From positions 3,753-67,752 of the forward strand of contig JANOFF010000112.1 of NCBI GenBank assembly GCA_031413515.1: a stretch of 64,000 nucleotides of DNA, given 5' to 3'. Positions within the stretch are counted from its first letter, which is position 1, and each line of letters starts with the position of its first letter. The position numbers were made by a program, and so were the translations under genes. This document shows positions 19,101 through 26,821 of the stretch, piece by piece. This stretch comes from a bacterium (GTDB taxonomy: Bacteria; Myxococcota_A; UBA9160; UBA4427). The notes under the pieces were generated by a model. That model was not told where the DNA came from. It saw only the letters and a program-made list of their open reading frames with translations, and did no database searches.

Positions 19101-19278
19101 CGACCGGCAGATGCTGCGCGCCAAGTCCGCTCAGGAACAGGGCCTCGCTGCCCGCCAGGGCGATCGTCGAGGCGGTGCCGAGCAGAGCCGCCAGCCCGAA
19201 AAAGAACAGGAAGCGCTCCCGCTCGGGGCGCCGGACGCCGGGCAGCATGCGCCAGAGAAGATCGCTCCTGTCCGCCAT
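16156..19278 (-). CDS. Multidomain membrane protein: Npt1/Npt2 (TLC, ADP/ATP-translocase-like) MFS domain + HEAT repeats + C-terminal cyclic-nucleotide-binding domain
   Basis: The N-terminal ~430 aa are polytopic (..RERFLFFFGLAALLG.., ..FWTFCADFFD..). The middle holds repeated ..D(P/A)xVRxAAxxAL.. HEAT-like units. The C-terminus reads ..VIVREGEPGRELFILVEGEV...YFGEIAILDNEPRSATAIA.. (CAP/cNMP fold). Confidence 0.8.
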   Translation of the reverse strand: MADRSDLLWRMLPGVRRPERERFLFFFGLAALLGTASTIALAGSEALFLSGLGAQHLPVAIITASLATLTSSIVYASLVGRMRNDRLFVVLLSGVAISLLIDVYFLRAGSSAVLLIVFATFYIAQAVFVSLHFWTFCADFFDTLASKRLFPLFAVGSSLGGMLGGALAVAVSRTLSGEALILAWAITLTLAAIYVRIARARLLRWAPVGSVEADESSVEGLRGALRYLARSRMATWLVVSVVGMVFSLTLMQVLYLDIFGRSFDSAEQLATFFGVYLAVTNGIEILVGNALTPWLIRRFGVAQANLAHPVLTLVTFVGLAIDPRLWIAVLARVDRELLENALAGPVRALSYNALPHRFRGRMRALLEGVVFYAAMSIAGAVLLVLGDAASTLWLAGLGAAGAILYAGANWIVRREYLKSLVEELRHGRLDLGAIAEGLGDRELSGLAALWQQTLTEQSERISLALLELAAPLAARGFTELVAGQTRHGDPRVRSAALTALVDAGLSDPDWLEWLVAQAIDDPDAGTRHTAAILTARLARIDEGLRDRLRAHLADPDADVRAEVALRLGDEGDEPLRDMARSENPVDAVAALTRLPATATATSVARSLADSLEPEVRAAAIDCLVRVGADAEIPGERLVEDLRHVGPSVRRAAARALARRNDPLSTDALARALDDVSRPVRIEAQAALASMGEIGVLAAAPFCRGNRIWTVDSALGALAGAGGRVAQSLLAQFLEERVAEAWKTRLAIAICPRSDEVAERFLHAALENSYRRARVLAFRVLERIEDPTVVRSVVRALDQGSARGRADALEVLSNLADRDITARLALLLEDGAIEDKLDGVTPAVRPPRNLDDVLKDASASTDRWLRLAAARYGDRAPVGAGTEPGVEPTEEADIMERLLALQRVPLFAHLSLEQLEVINRLLAPVEFLDGEVIVREGEPGRELFILVEGEVTFYKAWHTPAEERRGVMRPVGYFGEIAILDNEPRSATAIASQDSRLLTLASGRFRELILQAPEISFEVFPVLTARIRDAESRITDLKSGS

Positions 19279-19470
19279 GCTGATTGCGATTTTCCGTCCT
19301 GCGATGAGCGAGTCGCGAGGATACTACGATGGTCCGTCGGTCCCACTGTCGATCTTTCGCGTGAGATCGGCACCCGGGCCCGGAGAGGCGCCCGCGGTTG
19401 AATCCGTCCCGCGATCCGGATATATCGGCATGGCTCTCGCGGTGCTCGCGAGACCGAAAGAGAGTCGGAA

Positions 19471-22400
19471 TTGCGAAACGTGCTGCGTCGGATGATGTGT
19501 GCAGGGGTGGCGCTCGTCGTGGCGCTCACGCTGGCCGCGTTTGCGGCTTCGCGCCTGATCGACGTCGATGCCTGGCGCGACGACGTCGCGATCGCGCTGT
19601 CGCTCCGGAGCGGCTTCGACGTGCGAATCGCCGGCCGACTGCGCCTGGTCGCCGGACCGAGACCCAGTCTGCGGGTCGACGGAATCGAGATCCGCTCGGC
19701 CCGCGACTCCGACCGGCGGCCGGTGGCCCGCATCGCGGCGATGGAGTTCGAGGCGGACCTGCTGCGCTCGTACCGGGAGCGGAAGCTGGTACTCCGTCAG
19801 GCCCGCGCATCCGGGGTCGACATCACGCTGCTCCGCGATGCCGACGGGATCGGCAACTGGGAACTCAGCGATCCCGTCGCGCCCCCCGATCCCAGCCGCG
19901 CGGGCTTCACGCAGTTCTCCCTCGAGCGGGTCGTACTCGAGAAGGCACAGGTGCGTTACGAGTCGGCGGTCTCGGATTGGGCCTTCCATCTCGATCTGGA
20001 TCGGCTGGACATCGATGCGCCGGGACGAAGCCGCAAGATCGCCGTCGACGCCCACGGCACGGTCCAGCGGCATGCCTTCGAGTTGCACATCCAGAGCCAG
20101 GGGGATCGCGATCGGGTCGGGGGTCTGCTCGGTCCGGGGGCCGCGATCGACCTCACGTCGTCTGCGAAGATCGGTCCGCTCGAGTTCGCCGTGGCGGGGC
20201 GTCTCACCGATCCGCGCGGCGACGCGCGAGCCGATCTGGCGATCTCGCTGCATCTCGACCGGCTCGAGCAGCTGGCCGAGTTCGTGCCGATCCCGAAGCC
20301 GCTCGATGTGGCGGGACTCGGCGCGGCCGATCTGCGCGCACAGCTGGTCGGCGGCGAGGGCGGCGTGCGCCTCGAGGATGTCGTCGCGACCATCGACTTC
20401 GAGCAGTGGGGCCACGTCGAGGGACGTGGGTCGGTCGGCGATCTGATCCGTGCGCGGCAGATCGACCTGGCGCTGTCCCTGTCGACCCCGAACGCCGAGG
20501 CGATCACGCGAAGGCTCGGTGTTCCCACCCCCAAGGCCGGAGCCGCCGTGGGCACCAGCCGACTGCGGATCGACGGGCTCGACATCCGCTTCGAGGGGAT
20601 CGACGTCGATGCCACGCACGTCCTCGGCGCCAAGCTGCGGGTGAATGGCGACGTCCGCGGCCTGAATCCAGGCTGGGGGGCGACGCTGGACTTCGAGGTC
20701 GACGCCGATCGGCTCGAAGATCTGCATCGCATCATCGAGGAAGTCGCGACGTCGGCCCAGAAGGACGGTCGCAAGATCCGCGTGGGTCGTCCCGGGTCGA
20801 AGCTGCAGCGGGCTCTGCTGGCGATCGGGCCGGTCCGGGCGAAGGGCCGTCTCGAGGGTGGCCGGAAGATCTGGGCGATGAACGCGATCGAGGGTCATGC
20901 GGGCACGGGAGGCGTCGACTGGCTGCGCGCGAAGGGACGCATCGCCGCCCTGGCACCGCGGATGAGTGGACTCAAGCTCGATCTCGAAGCGGGCAGCGAA
21001 GACTTCGTCGCGCTGTCCGCCGCGGCCGGTGTGCCGGTCGTGGGCCTCGAGCGACTGCGACTGCAGGGCCGGATCGTCGGCAATGCCGATCGGACCGTGC
21101 TGACCCGCATGCAGGCGATCGGCAGCACGCCCGATCGGATCACGATCGGCATGACGGGCGACATGCCGATCGGCGACGACTGGCTCGCCACGGATCTGCT
21201 CGTGGCGGTCAGCGCCAACGATCTCGCGACCCTCGGTGAGACGCTGGACCGACCCTTGCCGAGCAGCGGTCCGCTCGAGCTGAGCGCCAAGCTGCGGACC
21301 GAGGGCGATGTGTGGATCGGCGAGGACATGGTGGTCGGCCTCGGCCACAGCGTGATCTCGGGCGATCTGCGGATCGAGCCCGGTGACGATCGTCCGCGCA
21401 TCACCGCCGACCTGCACTCGGAGCAGATCGAGCTGCGGGACATCGGGCTGGCACCGGATCCGACGACGGATGCGTCGGACGCCAGCATCGCCGCTTCACT
21501 GCCGTGGTACGACGAGACGATCCCGTTCGACACTCTGGTCGATGCGGACGGAAGCCTTTCGCTCCAGCTCGAACGACTCGTCGGCCGGGCCGGATTCGAA
21601 GTCACGGACGTCCGGTTGCTGGCCGAGCTCGAACGCGGCGTGCTCTCGATCGACGACCTCCGGCTCGCGTACAAGGGCGGCCAGGCGCTCGTGTCGCTGC
21701 GCGCCGATGCGGCGAAGTCGCCTCCCGAAGTGGCCCTGCGACTCGGCGGCCGCGACTTCCAGATCGATCGCGTGGTGGCGCAGTTCCGCGACGGACCGGC
21801 GGTCGCCGACGGCGCGGGTGAACTGAACGGCAACCTCCGCGCCCGCGGACGCACGGCGCGCGAACTCGGCGCCAGCGTGACGGGGAATCTGCTGTTCGTC
21901 GGTCGCACCGGCGGGCTCTCGATGCGCTACAGCCGAGCGCTGCAGCTCGACATCGGACCGACGGCCGCGCGGCGCGCGGCCCGAGGCGACTTCGAACGGG
22001 TCGAGTGCGTGGTCGTCGACGCGGTGGCGAAAGACGGGCTCGTGTCGCTCGAGACACTGTTCCTCGACAGCGAGGACAAGCAGGTGCTGGGCTCGGGCTG
22101 GATCGATCTGCGCAAGGAACAGCTGGACGTGCTGCTGACCCCCGTCCTCAAGCAGGCGGTGCCGGGCAGCGTCGCTGCCGCGGTACGCGTGACGGGGGAC
22201 CTCGGCGAGCCAAACGTCGTCGCCGCGCCGCTCGCCACGGCGAGTGCCGCCGCCCAGGGGCTCGTGGATCGCGCGCTGCTGCCCCTCAATCGGGTGCTTC
22301 CGACCGTTGGCGGGGCCGTCGACGATCTGCGGCGCGGCGCCGATCGGGCCCTTGCCGGGACGGGCATCGATCTGCCCACGGCGGGCCTCTGGCGACCGGG

Positions 22401-22485
22401 CATCGACGTGACCTGCGAGAAGCTCCTGAACTCGGAGAAGATCCAGGCGGCCCGCAGTGGGACCAGTGCGTCGAAGCGGCGCTGA
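19471..22485 (+). CDS. AsmA family outer-membrane assembly/lipid-transfer-like protein
   Basis: About 1000 aa with an N-terminal signal anchor (MMCAGVALVVALTLAAFAA), then a long repetitive beta-rich region. The track start is TTG 19471; ATG 19492 is an alternative. Confidence 0.75.
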   Translation: MRNVLRRMMCAGVALVVALTLAAFAASRLIDVDAWRDDVAIALSLRSGFDVRIAGRLRLVAGPRPSLRVDGIEIRSARDSDRRPVARIAAMEFEADLLRSYRERKLVLRQARASGVDITLLRDADGIGNWELSDPVAPPDPSRAGFTQFSLERVVLEKAQVRYESAVSDWAFHLDLDRLDIDAPGRSRKIAVDAHGTVQRHAFELHIQSQGDRDRVGGLLGPGAAIDLTSSAKIGPLEFAVAGRLTDPRGDARADLAISLHLDRLEQLAEFVPIPKPLDVAGLGAADLRAQLVGGEGGVRLEDVVATIDFEQWGHVEGRGSVGDLIRARQIDLALSLSTPNAEAITRRLGVPTPKAGAAVGTSRLRIDGLDIRFEGIDVDATHVLGAKLRVNGDVRGLNPGWGATLDFEVDADRLEDLHRIIEEVATSAQKDGRKIRVGRPGSKLQRALLAIGPVRAKGRLEGGRKIWAMNAIEGHAGTGGVDWLRAKGRIAALAPRMSGLKLDLEAGSEDFVALSAAAGVPVVGLERLRLQGRIVGNADRTVLTRMQAIGSTPDRITIGMTGDMPIGDDWLATDLLVAVSANDLATLGETLDRPLPSSGPLELSAKLRTEGDVWIGEDMVVGLGHSVISGDLRIEPGDDRPRITADLHSEQIELRDIGLAPDPTTDASDASIAASLPWYDETIPFDTLVDADGSLSLQLERLVGRAGFEVTDVRLLAELERGVLSIDDLRLAYKGGQALVSLRADAAKSPPEVALRLGGRDFQIDRVVAQFRDGPAVADGAGELNGNLRARGRTARELGASVTGNLLFVGRTGGLSMRYSRALQLDIGPTAARRAARGDFERVECVVVDAVAKDGLVSLETLFLDSEDKQVLGSGWIDLRKEQLDVLLTPVLKQAVPGSVAAAVRVTGDLGEPNVVAAPLATASAAAQGLVDRALLPLNRVLPTVGGAVDDLRRGADRALAGTGIDLPTAGLWRPGIDVTCEKLLNSEKIQAARSGTSASKRR

Positions 22486-22519
22486 GCGGATCGCCGCTCT
22501 TAGTCGGAGCGTCCGCGCG

Positions 22520-23473
22520 TCAGCGCGCGAGTTCTGCCATCAGGCCGAACAGCGAGACGAGATCCGGCGCGGCCGTCTGGCTGCCGAACTCGCGGTACAG
22601 GCTGTGGACGTTGACCACGATGCGCTCCGAGTCGAGCCAGCTCGAGTAGTCGCCGAGCGCGATGTCGCGAGCCGCGTCGGCGGGCGAGAGCCCGGCGTCG
22701 TAGCGCAGGCGCGCTTCGTCGCGTACGTAGACGAGATAGTCCCGCACGCCCCGCACTCCGGCGACGTCGGTCAGCGGGCCGTGACCGGGCACGACGACCT
22801 TCGGCGCCATCGCGATGATGCGGTCGCAGGCGGCGATCCAGTTGCGCACGGGGCCTTCCCACATGATCGGCGTCCCGTCGATGAACAGGATGTCCCCGCT
22901 GAACACGACGCCCTCGTCGGGCAGATGGACCAGCACATCGCCCCGGGTGTGGGCCGGGCCGACTTCGATCAGTTCGACGCGCTTGCTGCCGACGCGGAGT
23001 TCGTGGCGACCCTCGAAGGTCAGGTTCGGGGGCGTCGGTTCGATGCCGTCGAACGCGAAGTCGCCGAAGATCCGCGCGAAGTAGGCGCCGGCGGCTCCGA
23101 GCTGATCGGCGTTGCGGATCATCGCGGCCATCATGGCGGGACGGACGTGCACCATCTCCTCGGCGCTGGCCTTCGAGGCAATGATGACCGCGCCCTCGAC
23201 GAGTTGATTGCCGTAGCAGTGGTCGCCGTTGGCGTGCGTGTTGACGAGCACGTCGATCTGCCGGGCAGCGGGAGTCGCGTCGGCCATTGCGTCGAGCATC
23301 TCGCGCGTGAGCGGCAGATCGAAGAGGGTGTCGATCAGCAGCGATGCGGATCCGTCGGTGACGAGGCCTGCGTTGCTGTAGCCCCAGGACCCGTCCGGTT
23401 GCAGCCAGGCGTGGAGCCCGTTGCCGAGATCCGTGAGCCCCTTGCGGAAGGCCTGGCGTGCCATGCGACTCAT
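22520..23473 (-). CDS. MBL-fold metallo-hydrolase
   Basis: ..VLVNTHANGDHCYGN.. (HxHxDH-type motif) plus downstream His/Asp ligands (..GPAHTRGDVLVH..). Confidence 0.85.
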   Translation of the reverse strand: MSRMARQAFRKGLTDLGNGLHAWLQPDGSWGYSNAGLVTDGSASLLIDTLFDLPLTREMLDAMADATPAARQIDVLVNTHANGDHCYGNQLVEGAVIIASKASAEEMVHVRPAMMAAMIRNADQLGAAGAYFARIFGDFAFDGIEPTPPNLTFEGRHELRVGSKRVELIEVGPAHTRGDVLVHLPDEGVVFSGDILFIDGTPIMWEGPVRNWIAACDRIIAMAPKVVVPGHGPLTDVAGVRGVRDYLVYVRDEARLRYDAGLSPADAARDIALGDYSSWLDSERIVVNVHSLYREFGSQTAAPDLVSLFGLMAELAR

Positions 23474-23504
23474 CCTCCCTCGGCTCGAGGTGGCCGGCTC
23501 CGGA

Positions 23505-24779
23505 TCACGTGCGAGGGTCGGCGCCCGACGATTCCTGCTCGCGTTCCGATTCGGCCCGCTCCACGTACTCGAGCCAGCGCTCCGCGCTGCTCGACGTGTC
23601 GTCGTCGGTCAGGGCCCGGCTGAAGGCCTTGCGGGCGGGCTTCAGGCGATCGTCGTTGTAGTTGCTGATGCCGAGCAACAGATAGGCGTTGCCGGGGCTG
23701 TCGAGCCCTCCCTTGGCGATCGCGGCATCGAGTGCGGCGCGGGCCTCGCTCCAGCTCTCGTCCTCGATGTGGACCTGTGCGAGCCGCACATAGAGATCGC
23801 CGTTGGGCGAGAGTTCTGCGGCATCGGAGAGCGGCCGGATCGCCTTCTTGTACTCGCGTGCCGCGAGCAGGGCATTCGAGAGCAGTTCGAGATTCTCGAC
23901 CGACCGGGTGACGATGCCTGCCTTCATGCCGCGCCGCACCAGATTGGCCGCGGGCCAGGGAAGGTCCTCGGATGCGTAGCGCTGGGCGAGATGCAGGATC
24001 TCGCTCTCGTGATCGAGCCATCCCTGCTGCTCGGCGAGTCCGAGCACCGCGAGCGAACGCGATTCCTCGTCCAGGGTCGAGTACGCGGCCGCGAGTTGCA
24101 TCATGTAGCGCTTCTTCGGGAAGTGCCGGACGAGCTGTTCGAGCAGGGCGAGCGACTCGGGCAGATTGTTGTTCTGGAACTCGATGGCGAGCAGCATGCC
24201 GAGGCGCTGCTCGACCGGCTTGTCGGAAAGGGCCACCGCGGCGCGGCCGTGTTCGAGCGCCTTGTCCCACTGCTCGGTCTGCGCGTACGCGAGGGTGAGC
24301 AGGAACTCGGCCTGGGCGTTCGGCTTCTCCTCATTCCTCCGCCACTCTTCGAGCAGCGCGATCGCCCGGGGAAAGTTCTCCTCGGCCAGATGCATCTGCG
24401 CGAGGTTGTAGCGGAGCGACTGCATGGCGGCGTCGGGCAGATAGTCGATGCCGAGGGCAGTCTCGAAGGCGGCGGTGGCCGGCTTGTACTTCTCCTGCGC
24501 GGCGAGCATCAGGCCGTAGCTCTGGAACACCGAGGCGCGATCGAACTTGTTGAGGCGCGTGTTCCGGGTGAGGGGCTCGAGCACGGCCTCGGCCTCGGCG
24601 TAGTTCTCCTTCTCGGCGAGTTCGCTGACCTTGAGGAGGCGCCTCCCGACCGCCTCGCTCGGCACGAAGTTCTTCTTGCTCACCTTCTCTTTTTCTTCTG
24701 CACGGGCTCCGAGCGCCGTCGCGATCACGAACACGAAGGAGACGCAGAGCGCGATCGAGACGAGGCGTCGGAGCGTCAT
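23505..24779 (-). CDS. Secreted tetratricopeptide-repeat (TPR) protein
   Basis: Start at ATG 24779 (MTLRRLVSIALCVSFVFVIATALGARA). Its ATG overlaps the TonB stop (ATGA). Contains multiple A/L/Y-rich 34-aa TPR-like units. Confidence 0.75.
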   Translation of the reverse strand: MTLRRLVSIALCVSFVFVIATALGARAEEKEKVSKKNFVPSEAVGRRLLKVSELAEKENYAEAEAVLEPLTRNTRLNKFDRASVFQSYGLMLAAQEKYKPATAAFETALGIDYLPDAAMQSLRYNLAQMHLAEENFPRAIALLEEWRRNEEKPNAQAEFLLTLAYAQTEQWDKALEHGRAAVALSDKPVEQRLGMLLAIEFQNNNLPESLALLEQLVRHFPKKRYMMQLAAAYSTLDEESRSLAVLGLAEQQGWLDHESEILHLAQRYASEDLPWPAANLVRRGMKAGIVTRSVENLELLSNALLAAREYKKAIRPLSDAAELSPNGDLYVRLAQVHIEDESWSEARAALDAAIAKGGLDSPGNAYLLLGISNYNDDRLKPARKAFSRALTDDDTSSSAERWLEYVERAESEREQESSGADPRT

Positions 24780-25396
24780 TCCTCCTCCAGTTCGAACTCG
24801 ATCTTGGTGCGATTCTTCACCTCGACCGCCACGCCGTCGACGATCTCGGGCCGATACTTCCATTTCTTGACGGCGCGCAGCGCGGCGCTGTCGAAGATCC
24901 GCGGCGGGTCGCCTTCGATCACGACTTCATCCCGCACGCTGCCGTTCGTGGTGATCGTGAACTCGACGAGCACCCAGCCCTCGATACCGCGATCCTGCGC
25001 GCGCATCGGGTACTGCGGCGCGACCCGCACGATCGGAACCCGCTCGGCGTCGGTGGCCTGCAGCCCGTAATTGATGTCTCCGCCGATGTCGATGTTGATG
25101 TCGACGGAAGGGACGTCGATCGAGGGCGCATCGCTGCGCGCCGCCACGAACGACCGCGACAGCTTGAGGCCGGGCATGGGCGGCGACTCGAGGGGCTTCT
25201 GCTTGGCCGGAAGCACGCGCTTGCGGGTCTCGGTCTCGGTATCCCGGGTGAGGCGGGTGAAGTCGATCGCCGAGGTCATGATCATGCCGAGTGAATGATC
25301 GATGTTCCGCGTGATCAGCCACTGCAGGACGAAGAACGCCGAGAAGCTGAGGAGCAGGGAGACGATCGCGGCGAGTCCGGTTCGAAGGAACGGCAT
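24776..25396 (-). CDS. tonB: TonB family energy transducer
   Basis: N-terminal TM anchor, a Pro-containing linker, and a C-terminal TonB domain ..PQYPMRAQDRGIEGWVLVEFTITTNGSVRDEVVIEGDPPRIFDSAALRAVKKWKYRP... Confidence 0.85.
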   Translation of the reverse strand: MPFLRTGLAAIVSLLLSFSAFFVLQWLITRNIDHSLGMIMTSAIDFTRLTRDTETETRKRVLPAKQKPLESPPMPGLKLSRSFVAARSDAPSIDVPSVDINIDIGGDINYGLQATDAERVPIVRVAPQYPMRAQDRGIEGWVLVEFTITTNGSVRDEVVIEGDPPRIFDSAALRAVKKWKYRPEIVDGVAVEVKNRTKIEFELEEE

Positions 25397-25861
25397 GCGT
25401 CGCTACACGACCACCGGGTGGCCGTCGCTCGAGACGGGGTCCGGCCGGTGACTGCGAGAGTGCATGCGTCTTCCCGTTTCGGTTGGCGGCGGCGCTGCAG
25501 CGGTGAGGTTCAGGCTTCGAGTGCCGATATCGCGAACCGGTTCGTCGATTGCTGCCGATCGGCGGGTGAAGCGGTGGATGAGATGAGCGCCTTCTCGGGC
25601 CGAGTTGCTAGCCGATCGTTGCCGTCATCGCACATCCGCGGACGCCTGCGACCGGCCGTTCGACCTGTCGAGGACGGCACGCCGGCGCACCGGCGGCAGA
25701 GAGTGCGTGAACGCATCGACGGAAGCTTGCGAGTCCCGATCGAACTTGGATCGAATCCTGTCACAGGCTTCGCGGGCAGCTCGCAAGCGCGTCGGGATGC
25801 GCTCGATCGGCGAGTTCGGAAGTTCCCGCCAGGCCGTCGTCGCGGTGGCCGGAGAGGTCGA

Positions 25862-26587
25862 ATGAACGCCATCGATCGCTCAACTTCTCGACGGATCCGG
25901 ACGATGAGACACGGGATCTCGAACCGGTCACCGACTCTCACTGAAGCGGGCAGAACATTGAAGCCGAACAGTCAAGTGGTTCCCGCCTGCTCCCCTCTGG
26001 GGCGGGTTTCCGCGGCGAACGTCCGCCGCATTCCGGCGGAAGATCTCGATCTGGTGTCGCGCCACGAGGCGGGTCATGTGGTCGTGCGTTTCGTCCTGTA
26101 TGGCCAGCAGGTCGTGAAACAGGTCGATCTGTATACCCGTGAGGTCCTGCGGCCGCACACCAGCACCTATTCCCGATTGCCGATTCCGCTCGCCTGTCGA
26201 CCTCAGTCCGGCACGCCCCGACGTGGCAATCCCGCGCCGGTCTCCGCCGAGGCGATCGTCGATGCCCAGGGCGTCGTCTGCTATGCGGGGCTGGTCGCCG
26301 AAGTCCTCCATCTCGGGGGCTCCGTCGAGACCGATCCCGCAAAACTCAGCCTGCGCGCCGGTCAGATCGAAAGGCTGCGCGGCGATCGGGAGACGCTGGC
26401 CGCGATTGCCCGGACGATCGGTGTCGAACGACCCGCGGACCAGTTCATCCGGGCCTACTGGGACGAGGCGATGCGGCTGCTGGCCGCAAGCTGGCATGGC
26501 GTCGACAGCGTCGCGGCGGCTCTCGCCAATCACGGTTCGCTGAGCGGCGATCGGATCGACAAGCTGCTGCTCGTGGCCGCCTGCTGA
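25862..26587 (+). CDS. Hypothetical protein with an HEAGH zinc-metallopeptidase motif (M41/FtsH-protease-domain-like or ImmA-like); start uncertain
   Basis: ..EDLDLVSRHEAGHVVVRFVL.. resembles the HEAGH region of FtsH-type peptidase domains. No AAA domain and no TM helix. Codon usage looks less GC3-biased than the neighbours. Alternative start at ATG 25904. Confidence 0.4.
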   Translation: MNAIDRSTSRRIRTMRHGISNRSPTLTEAGRTLKPNSQVVPACSPLGRVSAANVRRIPAEDLDLVSRHEAGHVVVRFVLYGQQVVKQVDLYTREVLRPHTSTYSRLPIPLACRPQSGTPRRGNPAPVSAEAIVDAQGVVCYAGLVAEVLHLGGSVETDPAKLSLRAGQIERLRGDRETLAAIARTIGVERPADQFIRAYWDEAMRLLAASWHGVDSVAAALANHGSLSGDRIDKLLLVAAC

Positions 26588-26821
26588 ACAGGTCGGCCCT
26601 GCCTCCACGCTGATCGCGAAGATCCGTATCGCGCCCTGCGGGAACGGTCCGACGGACCGCCCTTTCGTTCCCACCGATTCGCAATATTGGCTGCATTTTG
26701 GCGCCAATCATGAGAAAAAGACTCATCGGTCTCTGGGGGAGCACCGCGCGCGACGCCCATCCGTTCTCCCTCTTGGCCAACCTGGCGAGTCTTCGTGGCC
26801 ATCAGAGGGGGATGCGAGAGC

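Noticed and set aside
16096-19401. 1101-aa plus-strand ORF, the longest in the track.
   Set aside because: It is exactly antisense to the Npt/HEAT/cNMP gene. It is a low-complexity Arg/Gly/Asp/Glu/Gln-rich sequence with no recognisable domain, whereas the minus-strand product has three clear domains.
26588-26821. Cobalamin riboswitch, other riboswitch, or a Fur box upstream of the TonB-dependent receptor.
   Set aside because: I could not find the B12 box or conserved riboswitch cores by eye. The AT-rich inverted repeats also do not match the 19-bp Fur consensus well. The question is left open as part of a finding, to be settled with Infernal/Rfam.
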